Positions 24,804 through 37,600 of a stretch of DNA of 64,000 bases are shown here, in pieces. The translations under genes were made by a program, and so were the position numbers. The DNA is taken from assembly GCF_001447785.1 (NCBI RefSeq), contig NW_015163118.1, forward strand, positions 1-64,000, written 5' to 3'. The notes under the pieces were generated by a model that was not told the origin of the DNA, made no database searches, and worked only from the letters and a program-made list of their open reading frames with translations. Source of the DNA: Gekko japonicus (Eukaryota). Each line of letters starts with the position of its first letter. The first letter of the stretch is position 1.

Positions 24804-26113
24804 CAGTGGTGCTGGGGGATCAGCTGTCCCAAAGGCACCCACTGGAATGTGAAGTTCCCCAAGGGGCAGTGTTGTCCCTGATGCTTTTTAACATCAATAT
24901 GTGCCCTCTTGCCCAGATTGCCCGGAGGCATGGGCTGGGATGTCACCAATATGCGGATGACACCCAGCTCTATCTGCTGTTGGGCGGTCAGTCCGACTCC
25001 AAACTGGAAGACGTAGACTGGGCATTACAAGCCATGGCTGGTTGACTTAGGCTGAGCGGCCTGAGCCGGCTGAAACGGAACCCGATGAAGATAGAGGTCC
25101 TGGGCCTGAGTTGGGCAGTCCAAGGGTAGGGATCCCGCTCCTTACCTTCGATGGGGCCCCACTGGTGCCAGCGCCGGAGGTTCGTAGTTTGGGAGAACTC
25201 CTAGACACCTCCTTAACAATGGAGGCCCAGGTAGCAGCCACTGCCAGACTGGCCTTTTATCATCTTCGGCCGAACAGGCAGCTGGTTCCCTTCCTCGAAC
25301 ACAACAACTTGGTGATGGTCACCTCAAGACTGGACTACTGTAATGCCGACTACATGGGGCTGCCCTTGTCTCAAATCTGGAAGCTGCAGCTGGTGCAAAA
25401 TGCCATGGCTAGTCTTTTGATGGGGCGCGCTATCCGGGAGCACACCCAGCCTGTGCTAAAGGCATTGCACTGGCTGCCTATAGCATACTGGATTCATTTC
25501 AAGGTGCTGATTCTTACCTTTAAAGCCCTTTATGGCCAGGGTCCTACATACCTGAGGGATCACCTTTCCCCATATATACCCCAGAAAGCACTGTGATCAG
25601 GGGTCCATAACAGCATGGCCCTCCTGAGTCTCAAGGAGGCCAGATTGTCAATAACCAGGGCCAGGGCTTTTTCAGTGGTGGCTCCACTCTGGTGGAATGA
25701 GCTCCCAGAAGAGACCAGGGCCCTGTGGGACCTTTTGCAGTTCCACAGGGCCTGTAAAATGGAGCTCTTCCACCAGGCTTTTGGAGCCACCACCACCACC
25801 ACTAACTATTAACAACAGATGGTTCAAAGTGGGAATGCCTGGTTTCCCTGGGATTCAACCTATAGCCTGAGATAGTTGCCTAAGTTGATCTAAAAGAGCA
25901 AGAGCTGACTGCAAATAAAGAGGCCGAGTAATAACAACCGCTGTGAATTATTTGATATTGATACTAGCATTTTAATATGTTTTAATACGAATAGTCAGAA
26001 TAGTTTTATTAGTAATATGTTGTTACAGTATTTTACTGTAATTTTATGCTGTTTTGTAAGCCACCCTGAGCCAGCCCTGGCCAGGAGGGCGGGGTAGAAA
26101 TTTAATAAATAAA
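24804..26113 (+). mobile_element. 5'-truncated L2-type LINE
   Basis: EVPQGAVLSLMLFNI...HQYADDTQLY and SRLDYCN...KLQLVQNA...LHWLP motifs; 3' tail GTAAGCCACCCTGAG...AATAAATAAA. Confidence 0.88.
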
Positions 26114-26975
26114 ATCTAGTGGCCAAGTTATGTGCACTACCCTCCCCACACACATACACAATTCCTCCTATGTGGTACTAATTTATCACTCTTCAAGGGA
26201 TGAGGTCTACTCAGAATACTTGGTGGGGCTTACTCCCAGGAAAGTAATGTCAGAACTGCACTTTTTGAGGAGAGTTGCTGTTTCTTTGTAAGAAGTTGTA
26301 CAGCAGAATTAGTAAAACTAAAAAAAAGCCCAACCCCCTGGAGACAGCATTTAATAGTAAAATCCCAAAATGGATATATGTGCAGGAAATATGAGAGAGA
26401 AAATAATTCCAAAGGGCTCATAAGAGCTGAGAATTCTCAAACTCTGATCCAAGGTAATCTAGTTCAGAGTTTACTTCTTGCAGCTTCAATTTAGAAAACT
26501 TTAAGAGCTAATTTTTAAACATTTGCTGTGTGACTTCCTAACTTTGGAAAAAATAAAGTCAGACCTATATGAACTCGTTTCTGAAATTGTAACAATGTAA
26601 GAAAGACAGAAATGTAAACTATTGTTCGTATTTGTAAAAAATGCTGTCCTCATAGGCTCTCTGACTTCCCCACCTCCCCTTCAACCTAGAGAACATTTCC
26701 ACTAGATAAATCCTGCTACGTCTACCTTTAATCCTTTCCATTCCCTTGTACAAAAGTGCTCATCTTTTTCATGTATCCATGGATTCCAAAAGGCTGAAAC
26801 AGGGAAAGTAATCAAAGTCCTTTGAAACAGATAGGACTGCTTTTAGCAGAAGCTCTGCTATGTTTGGAACTGCCCACCCCTTCCTTATTAAATGTCCTTG
26901 CTGGCAACAGAAGTCACACAGTTCCTTCTGTTCCCTTAAATGGCTGCAAATGTTCAACTTGTCTTCTGTCTTACT

Positions 26976-27140
26976 AAAGGTAAAGGTAAAGGTTCCCTTG
27001 CTCGAAAGCCAGTCGAATCCGACTCTAGGGTTGCGGTGCTCATCTCCGTTTCAAAGCTGAAGAGCCAGCGCTGTCCGAAGACGTTTCCGTGGTCATGTGG
27101 CTGGCATGACTAAACACCAAGGTGCACGGAACGCTGTTAC
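26976..27140 (-). mobile_element. Sauria SINE, 3' half
   Basis: (ACCTTT)n tail; reverse complement is nearly identical to 31008-31166. Confidence 0.88.
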
Positions 27141-30100
27141 TTACATGTATTAGCTTCCTCACGATGGATATTCAGTCACATTAACAAAAAAGGCAGCACA
27201 GGACCTTTTTATAATAGCATGCTTTTAGAATTTGTCTCATTTAAAAAATTGTTACAACCCAATCTGACACTACAGGATAGGACACACCAGACTTCTAAAT
27301 ACACATCTTGTGGGAATTGACCCATAAATCAAATTATCGTGAGAACACTATTGGCGGTCAGAGTGGTTATTCTGTACTATAACCTTGAATCAACACTTTG
27401 AAAATCATGAAATGAGCTAAGCAGGAGACTTTAAAATTGTAACACTGGACTTCTATATGCCTGTCTTGAACATATCTGGGCTTTTAGGATACAGCAACAT
27501 TATGCCAACATAACTACAACAATTTAATCTATACTTGTGTTCAAAGCAGTCTTTCAGAAATAGAAAATTACTCAGTACAATGTAAGCAATGTAAATGCTT
27601 CATCACTTTAAAGACATGTGAATTTGTAAGTGGAAAATTTTAAAGATATTTCTTCCAGCACTATGAATTCAGAGTATTAATGACAGCTGACATTTGTAGC
27701 ATTAGACTAATTAGGCATGCATGCACTGAAGTCACTATGGGGGGAAAACATAACAAAAAGCACTTCTAGTTACTGAGATTCAGAAGACATCCAGCTTAAA
27801 ATGCTACTTCTGTGGAACATTTTTCCCCTTTCACAATGGATTTTAAGAACTTATTTTTGCTTCTCCTGCATGTGCAGGTATTTTAAAGCCTGCACTTGAC
27901 CAGAGGCGTGAAAATTCATGGGAACTGAGAACATCTGGATGCTGCTGAATAATATCTGAGCAGAGCACTGGCCCATCTCTCTTTTTGCCAGTACCTTAAA
28001 GCCTGAGCTTGGCCAGAGACAGGAGCCAAAAGGCTTTTAAGCCCCGTGGCCCTGAGAGAGCCAGGCCAGCCAGATCAGCACCAGACACGCTCAGAGCTCA
28101 TCATCTGTTCTAAGTTTCCTAATGGAGAGTTGGTGGGTTCTATATTCTTGTTTAGATTTGTACTGGTTAAATGTATTCATGAGTCTTCAAGGTTCCCAGG
28201 GGGAGAACAGTGGGATAAAAAATTTTAAAGCAACATCATCACTAGAAAAAGCCATATAATTTCAGAAAATAATTAATTTTATGTGGAAGAGCCACCCATG
28301 CAATGTTCATCTTTAGACAATACAGAAGTAACTTTTTTTGCTTGCATTCACACACTAGAATTCCAAGGTGTAAACATCATGAGAGGTAGGAAAACAGAGA
28401 ATGATAACCAGGAACCCATGATACTTGCTGCCAATTCCCCACATGAATCAGTGGGGGGGGAGACTTGTGGGGGGGGGGGAATCCCACATTCCCCTCTCCA
28501 GCGCCAATCTTGGTGTGGCTAATGAGCCCAGAGTCTCCCACTGCCGGGCCGGGCCCAGCTGCTGGCATCCTCCACGGCCAAGCCCAGCTGCCAGTGTTCT
28601 CCTTTGCCCCAAGCAGGCCAAAGTGGCTGTCAGCATCCTTTGGCACTGAGGTCAGGCTCAGAGTGGTGCCAGGATCTACCACCAGGCAGGAGCAACTACG
28701 TCCTCATATGGTAAGAGCACTGTCCATGTTTGTGCAGACAGCACAAATGTATTTGGGGGGATTTAGCCCCACCTCCCCAAATATATTTTACTTTTGATTT
28801 CAGGCTTTTCTGCAAACCTGGGGAGTCCCCCAAGCTTAAATACATGATCCACTGATTTAGGTATCCACAAATGGGGATCGCACGTCACTAATAGTACATA
28901 GATTTCCCATTTAGAAGGGGTAATGAGAAACACCTCAAGAAATGCTAGCTTAAATTTTATGAAGGATTTTCCACAGATAGCGGGGGAAAGCAGACCTCCT
29001 TGCCTCCCCCATACTACTACTGTCGTCTCTCTTCTTCCAGAAGCAGCATTTCAGGCTGCAGCAGAAGATGGAGAAGTCATGTTGTATGGATAGAAACCAC
29101 TTCTTTCCATGCAAGCCAATGTGAACACACTAGTTTTGTAACTGTTAAGTCTGCAGAGTTTCCATAGATAGAGCTAAAGACATGCTGCTTCATTTCCTTA
29201 GCCAATGATCCAGCATCCTTTACCAGGACCAGGTTCTTCAGAAAAAAGCAAGACAAGACAAATAAGGTATGGGCTAGATAAGTATACATTCATAAGGAAA
29301 GATTAATTTTTTGAGCCCAGAACAGTGCTCTCTTCTATATCTGCATGGTGCTTTTAAGGAGATGGAGGACTGAACATTAATGCTTAAAAAAAGAGAGAGG
29401 AGAGAAAGATGTCTACACATCACAAGAAATTCTTCCTGAAGCATAAAGAAGGTGCTGATTTTCAGATAATAATAGTCTTGTCTTAGAGCTCTGTTCAATC
29501 AACCTGCAAGAATACATGGCACAAAAATCATACCCATTTAATTAAACATTACTGCTAAACAACTGGTATAAAAATACATCTAGTGAGTTTTATACAAAAA
29601 TTTGTGTTCAGTTAATACAAGGGAAAGGTTCACTCAGCAGCTGGTACCTAGCTCTTCTTTTCATAACAAGTAACTCCTTTTCCAGGCACCTATACACATG
29701 CTGCAAATGTGAATATTGTTATCAGCCTTTCCAATAGAAGAGGTAAGAGGCAGGCCCTGACTACTTCCGGCTTTCTGAGAAAAGTTCAAGCAAGGGATGA
29801 TGCCACGACAGCTCAAATGGAAGGAGAAAGTCCATCTTCTTCTTGACAGTAACACTAGCCAAATTCATTACCACTGCCAGAAAAGCTTTTACTCATCTTG
29901 GCTCCAGTCAATTGAAGGGAAAACACCTTCAGTTTGGCATGGTGAATCACCAGAACTATAACAAAACAAAGAGAGAAGATCTGTTGAATACACTCATCAA
30001 CACTCCCCTCCCACACAGTAATAATTAGATGGCAAAATTTGAAATACGTTGCAGTAGTGTCAAAGAAAAGCATCCAACTTAGTTCACAACCACTTAGGAA

Positions 30101-30820
30101 AATGAAAGAGTCAAAATTATTTCCCAGAAATACTAATGTTTTCTAATGAACAGTACCTGCTTTGATAAAAAAGAACAGAGACTCTAGGCTGAGGCAGTTA
30201 ATTGGGAATAGAAGGTACAGCACAGATGGTATCATGGAAAGACCATGCTGAAGAAGGCACTTTGAATGAGAAACAGAAGTAACAGAGAACAAGAGTTGGT
30301 TATTTGGGGGTATAAAGAGCAAAAAAAGCAGGTGGGAGATGGAACTGGCAATCTTGCATGGAGCAGAGAACACAACTGGAAATAACGAAAACACAGAGAA
30401 GCAAGTCAGTGTGCAGCACAGAACTTTAAATAGATACGGAGCCTTGAGCAGATATGGAGAGCAAGGCAGAGCCAACTCAGAGGTTTAGGCTTATGATGGG
30501 AAATGGACACCAGAAATGTACTCATTGGGAGCAAACAGATCTTTTATTATCTGCTGCAGCTCAAAGTGACCGGACCTCTTGCAAGACACCAAAGGTGTTG
30601 GAAGCTCAAATGCAACAGCAGGATTGAACTGCTGCTCCTCTCCAGTCAAGCTAAGCTTCACACTATCTTCTCTTATGGACATATACTTGGATGCTTGCTA
30701 AACTTTGGAAGTATACCAATTAAGCAACATTTGCAAGTGTTCCAAAGTTCACAAATCCCATCCCAAATCAAGGACAACCAAAAAAATTGGGGGAAGGGGG
30801 GACTTCTGAGGCCAATCAAA

Positions 30821-31166
30821 AGCTGTGGTGGCTCAAGTGGTTAAGACGCTGAACTGCAGGCTGTGGAAGGTCGGTAGTTCAGCAGTTCAAGACCCGGGTT
30901 GCTGCATGACGGAGTGAGCTCGTGTCTCTAGTTCCAGCTCCTGCCAACCTAGCAGTTCAAAAGCAAGAAATTGCAAGTAGATAAATAGGTACCACTTCGG
31001 TGGGAAGGTAACAGCGTTCCGTGTGCCTTGGTGTTTAGTCATGCAGGCCACATGACCATGGAAACGTCTTCGGACAGCGCTGGCTCTTCAGCTTTGAAAC
31101 GGAGATGAGCACCGCAACCCTAGAGTCGGATTCGACTGGCTTTTGAGCAAGGGAACCTTTACCTTT
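30821..31166 (+). mobile_element. Near full-length Sauria SINE
   Basis: tRNA-like head GGTGGCTCAAGTGGTTAAGAC; core CCTGCCAACCTAGCAGTTC...GATAAATAGGTACC; (ACCTTT)n tail. Confidence 0.88.
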
Positions 31167-31526
31167 AACTTTTAAATACATATTTTAAAGTTGGAACAAA
31201 GGGCAGAAATGGGAAAGTCATTTACAGAACACTAAGGGGATTTGAAGAGACCATTTATAGAATAAATTAACACATATGGTTGGTTGCAAATCTTGGTAAC
31301 CAGGAAAGTATGTGATAGTAATAACCATCAACAGAGAAATCATCATCGTGTTCTGTATCTGCATGTACATAAGGGAACTGGCTAGTCACCACGGGCAACA
31401 CAGTGCTAGGTTAGATGCATCACTGGTGTATTCAATATGGCAATTATGTTCTTACTGTAAACACATATGCCATCTTTCTAAATGATGCAGTAGGAAAGAT
31501 ATGATCATTTAACTCACCTAACCATA

Positions 31527-31656
31527 CTATCCTGCTGCCTGTTTGGGACCTGCTGCAGGAAGCACCAAACTGTCAAGCTGCTGACGATTGCCTGTGTGGA
31601 CGAGCCATTCATAGAACTTGTTCTCCACCAATACCTGGAATCTCTTCCTCTGATCT
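31527..31656 (-). CDS. TBCCD1: TBCCD1 last coding exon
   Basis: tttcag|A GAT CAG AGG ... GGA TAG; DQRKRFQVLVENKFYEWLVHTGNRQQLDSLVLPAAGPKQAAG*; followed by donor TAG|GTGAGT at 31517. Confidence 0.93.
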
Positions 31657-34600
31657 CTGAAATGCATCGAAATAGTGGCACTGAAGCATGTGGAATACAA
31701 TTACAAACATCTTCATACCATTTGAGTTCAATGTAGGGTTATCATTTGCCCAGTGGGGGCAAGGGATCCCCCGATTTTGTGGGCTTCTGCCCACTGCTAG
31801 CCAGCTGGCCGGCAGGAGGGAATCCCCCCCCCCCCAAACAGCAACATTGCACGCAACCTGCCTGCATCACCCAGAAGTGATGGCGGCATGTCACTGATGT
31901 CGGGGGTGACGCTCTGGCTTTCAGGCAAAACTCTATTGTTTGATGCCGATTTTACCACAGAGTTTTGCCCCAAATGCAGAGCATTGCCAACAAGACTTCC
32001 AACTGACACAGGCACGATGTGCAAGATGTCACTGTTTTGGGGAATGGGGGGGTTGAGATCACTCCCCACTCCCAAAACACCCCCCCATCTCCCCGCCGGC
32101 ATGCAAAAGGAACCTGGCACCCTAGTCCAATGCCTAATAGGGAACTTCTCATCCAGAGTGAATACAAGACCAAGCAATGAAAGTATTTGCTCACAAATAA
32201 ACATACTTCCACTTAGTGCATGCAGCTTTCATTAAATGTGAGACAATTACCAATTCTAATTTTTTTTACTCTTTTTATGTTTGAAACCCACAGCATGTCT
32301 TGGGCCAAACCGTCCAGGTACCTTACAATGATAACAAACCTAGCATATTTGTGAAGTGCCTAAGAACTAGACACTGTGAATAAAATATCAACTAAAAGAG
32401 ACAGGCCCTGCTTTCAAGCTTACAAGTATAAGAGAAAAACAGAAGGGGAAGGGCTTTATTTTAAAGTGAAACAGCTATAAGCCAATAAAAAAACAAGCAG
32501 TGAGTAGCCTTCCCAGATAAAAGAAATTCATTCATCATTCCCAAATGCCTCCAAACAAAAGAAAAAGGCTACTCTAAATTATACAACACAGCAAACCTGA
32601 CAAACTTCTGTGGGAAAGCCACTCCAAAGAAGTTTTGATAAAGAATCCAGAACAGGAAGCATGGGTATATACTCTAAGGAAAACTGAAATTCTCTCTCAT
32701 TCATAGAAACATCACCAAAAAGAACCCTCTCTATTCCTTTCCAGGTTGCTTCTACCACCAGAGGGTTGCTCAAAGACATAAGTATTTTCTAAAAGAAGTT
32801 CTATGGAGCCTTCAATTTTAGTTCCAACTGGAATCCTCCATATACAGGGCCAGAACAGTAGAAATATATCAGAAAAAAGCAGGGTTAGAAACTCCCTTCG
32901 CTTGCAGCTTTTTGAAATCAGTTATGTCCTCTACTCAAAAATACTCTTTTGCTCGCTTAACAAACCAGCGCTCTTATTGTTGGGTTAGGACTTCAGACTT
33001 TTTAAAAAGCCAAAGTTAAGCAACTGGTGAAAAATGGAACAGAACAGAGAAGTCAAGCATCTCTTTTGTTTATAAGAATTACAAAGAAGGTGACTTTCAG
33101 AAACTTAGTTCAGCTTCTTCTCAGTCCAAATTTACCTGTCAGAAAATAATAGTTAACTCCATATTCCAATTATTTAAAAGTGCCTGAGACGGGGGGGAAA
33201 TTGAAACTGGCTAGTTAGAACAAAGATCAAAAAGAGAAATACTTTGGATGGGATGGGATGGGATATGTGCATGTTACAAGTTTATACTGAACTTTTAAAA
33301 AAATACCACTATGGTTAGAAATACTGAAAAATAAATAAATAAATGTATCTGTAAATTATACTTTTGAGTTCATGATACCAAGTTCAGCTGATAAAGTTTC
33401 ACCGCTGCATCACCATTTATTGAATTTCTACTTATCCAGAAGCATTTATACACAGGAACCTTGTTATCAAAAGAGATCTAAATCCTGGCATGAAAATGTC
33501 AACCTTATCTAAAGGCATAATTACTTCACAGTGAAAAAGAAGCCTCTAACCCTCAATTTTACTTAACACATTGAGGCCTCTACTAATTGCTACTGGGAAT
33601 CAGAAGTTCTGCTATAGAACAGTAAGATTTTAGCCCCTTTATGACTTCCTCTCAACGATGCTACTTTTCATGGTATTAGCTTCCCCAGCATTCCACTAAA
33701 TTACCATAGCCTCCATAGAGAAAAATTGTAAGTAGCATGTCAGTCCATGGACTATTCCCCACATGATTTCACTGATTTTGATTCAAAATATGGACAAGAT
33801 AGGAAAGATATAATCAATCACAGTCAATCACAGTCTCAAACACAGCTGCATTGTGGACCCAAACTGCTTCTAGCAGCGAAATCTTCTCTCCTGAAAGAAG
33901 CTGGGACTTACTTGGTCAGCCCTGCCTCCTTCACAGTCTTTTGCCAGACCTGTATCCTCTGTTCTCGTTGGCTCAGTCCGTTCTGGTATGCAGGTGGCAG
34001 CCCACCAGGTATTTCTGTTGTGTCTCCTTCCATTTCAAATGGAACAACAAAGGGGTAAAACTCTGAGGGTGAGAGGAATCTGAAGACCTTCCAGTCACAG
34101 TTATCTTTGCACACCAACATTGGATTGTCCCAGTAGTTAGGCACCGTAGCCAAGCCAGTTCTGCCCATATGGTCCTCAAGCATTGGATAGTGGGTGTGGA
34201 AGGGAGCAAAAGTTATGGCTTGATTGCCTAGTAGGATGAGTGGTCTAGTTGGAGTGAGAATGTGCAAAGTACAACTGGTGGTGGATGACAGAGACAGACG
34301 GCGGCAGACAGCAATCACTTTGACATTGTCACAGCTGTGAAGATGAACGACTGTCTGCACTGGGCCTAGGACAAAGGTGCTGTTCCTGCACTTCTCTATG
34401 CTCACAGATCTAAAACAGAGGAAAGAATAACTGACTTGAGCAGGAGGAAATGTAACTCTGAAATACGTTCCAAAGGTGGATTAGAGAAGGTGAACTTACC
34501 TCAGTGGAGACAGCAAATAAATGAAGGATTCACAGCAGCGATGAATCTTCACATGGCTATCTTCTAAAGTATCTGAGCTCTTTGCCAGTGTTTGCTTGTA

Positions 34601-37600
34601 GACTTGGCTCATCACAACCATGCGGTGCGCTGAAGGGACCATGTGAGTATTGCAGGCTATCTTGGCTCTCTTGGTTGCTCCTTCAACTACAAGAATCAAG
34701 TAAAACATTACTTTTTAAAAAGTAGCTCTGATTAATCCAATATAACAAGGGCAACTACATATGTCTCAAAATCACAGCAACCTCAGAACAAATAGTCATA
34801 GACCTTTTATTGATTAAAAACTATCCAGAAGTTCAGTCAACTCATTCAAAGTCGACTTTTGGTTTATGGCGACACGCTGGCGGACGCATCTCCCGGATCT
34901 CCCGGGGATGTGATCTGCACACCAGCGGATAGGGGGGGGGGGCGACGGGTCACCACCACCCCCTGAGCCTTGGCAAAAGGCTCCTAGCCATGGGGCTTTT
35001 GAGGGGCGACCTCTTCACCAGCGCGATGCTGGGGAATTGAGGCGCTCCTCCGCCCCGACGGTCCTGCCGCTGAGTGTCCGTATGGAACTAGAGCCGCTGA
35101 CTGGGACAAGCGTTGGAGATCGAGCGGTTGCAACGTGCTCAGAGCGAGGTCGTATGACCAACAATGAACAATACTCAAAAATCTGTCCATTTCATTGCAC
35201 AAGAAATAAGACACATGTAGTCACCAGTGTTCCCTCTAAGCTGAGTTAGTGTGAGCTAGCTCACAGATTTTTAGCCTCCGGCTCACACATTTTTGTCTCA
35301 GCTCAGGAAGGCTGGCTCCAGAGCAAACTAATTTATGCAGCAGCCAAATCGCTGGCTCACAACTTTAATGATAGTAGCTCACAAAGTAGAATTTCTGCTC
35401 ACAAGACTCCACAGCTTAGAGGGTACATTGGTAGTCACTACAGACACCATGTGACTATCTGTCCTTAATTCCGAGACAAATATTTCTAACTAGCTATTTT
35501 ATAACCTTCTATCTGCTTTACACTCTGTCTCTAATGTTAGACAAAGCTTTAACATTCCCCATTTATGAAATGAGACCAGTACAAGGTTTACATTTTGTTA
35601 TGTATTTAGTGACAAGGAGCACAACAGAAAAACAAGGATTGGACAGTCTTGTTAACTTAGTGCAGCTAACATGGAATATATACTTAGTTCTATCAACCTG
35701 ACCTAAATTATTTTGGTAATACCAGAAGGAGATATGAGCACATAATATATAGTACGAATAAAACCATGTTCTAGTAGATGAAGCATGGGAGACCCTGGCT
35801 CAGCCTTTACCTACAGAACTGGGACCTGCCAATCTTTACAATAGAGTTATTCATTCAACTACAGAAATTAGGATATATGTTACAGGACTGGAATGCTCCA
35901 TAAATGAAAGATACTATTTTTGCTGCCCAAGTTGGTAGGAAAGCAAGTCATAAATATAGTTGATCTGACCACCAGCATCTGCTCCAAGATGCTATCTGAC
36001 AGAGCAGGAGGCCTCTGGGATTTTGTAAATAAGAAAAAAAGGAAGATATTGTGTTATGTGCCATTATTAAATGACCAGATATGAAGAAAATCTAACTGTA
36101 CCTTGCTGTGCCCATGCAAGCTTGTTCCCAGACTTGAGGCAGGCTGATGTTCCAAATGGATTCCCAGTCAGGCAAGTCCTCAGCCAGGACTCCAGCTTGG
36201 GGAAAGAGAAAGCTTTGGAGATCTTTGAGAAACCACTGCTTGCATGCAATGGCTGCCAGAGTGCAAGCTGATGCAGAGGATGGACAGTCCTGTTGTTGTT
36301 CACAGACCCTTCAATCAAAAAGCTGAGCGCTCGAACAGCTTCAGAAGTTACCAGGCTATTGTGGGTGGAATGAGAGGAGGCAGAGAGCTGGTCTGGATCT
36401 AGTAAGAGTTCTAGAAGATCCTGGAGGTGATTCTGGATGAAGGCTTGATGGTAGCTGTCATTCCAGTTCTTATACCAAACAAAGAGCAGGTTGTCAAATA
36501 CCAAACAAGTTTGCACAAAGCCAAGTGACAGTCAATTCCATCCCATTCTTGCAAATTTGCTGCCCACTGCAAATATTCACCCAGTATAAAAAGAACCAGA
36601 AAGTAGTAATTTATACTGCACTTCCTTAAGGTCAAAGTCACTGCTAGAGGGGCATACACTGCCACTTTACTCAGACAGTCTATCATCCTAAAGTACATTA
36701 ACAATTCGCACATGTATAAAAGGTACAGAATGGTGATGAAGAACAAAAGCATTTAATATCTGAGCTTCAAGGGAGAAGAAAGATCCATGGGGGGAAATCC
36801 AACAGAAGACAGAAAAGACTGGATGGCAATGCAAGGTTTTACTCCACAACCAACTCATCCCACTAAGATCATTCTTGTGGATTACTTTAAAATCTATGAA
36901 TACATAAAACGTACCCTCTCTTCTTAATTTAATTTGCATTGCTTTTTACAACTTTGTAACACCTTTTTGGTAGACACTCAACAACTAGTGTTAAAAAGGA
37001 ATAAATATTTTTATTGCAAGTAGAATATATTTGTTTAAAAAATGAATTCAGGTGAAGGCTTTTGTGGCTTTTTTTAGAATACAATGCAAGTTGGTGTTGA
37101 ATGGACTCTAAGAATTCACAACATATTTAAGAGTTATATTCAATATATGCCAAGTTCTTGTCTTCAAACAAAAGCATGGAAGCTGCTTCTAAAGAAAAAT
37201 AACCTTTCAAGAAAATCAATCCAAAATACCTTAATCTGATTGGTGGATTCTCCAGTCAGGCCATAAGACTTGGATTTAAGATTTGGCCATTCTTCTCCAA
37301 CTAGAGATGTCCTTAGGGAAACTTTGTTTAGTTGCTGTATATACAGGAAAAGCAGGAATTGCAGAGTGTCCACAGATAACTAAATGAAAACACCAGGAAA
37401 AGTTTAAAACTTAAAAACAGAACATTACTTTTAAGAACGACATTATTTAGCAGAGATGGACCATTTTATGTTCAGTAGAAGATCAGTATAGGGGAGCAAA
37501 GGAGACACAGACAGACCATTACTTTTAGAAACTAGAGACAATTTCAATGGATAGACACTCCCACTTCATGCTAGATTATCATCCACATGTACCTGGAGTG

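Noticed and set aside
23245-25812. RT-like ORFs treated as functional genes
   Set aside because: Fragments of truncated BovB and L2 elements with stops and frameshifts.
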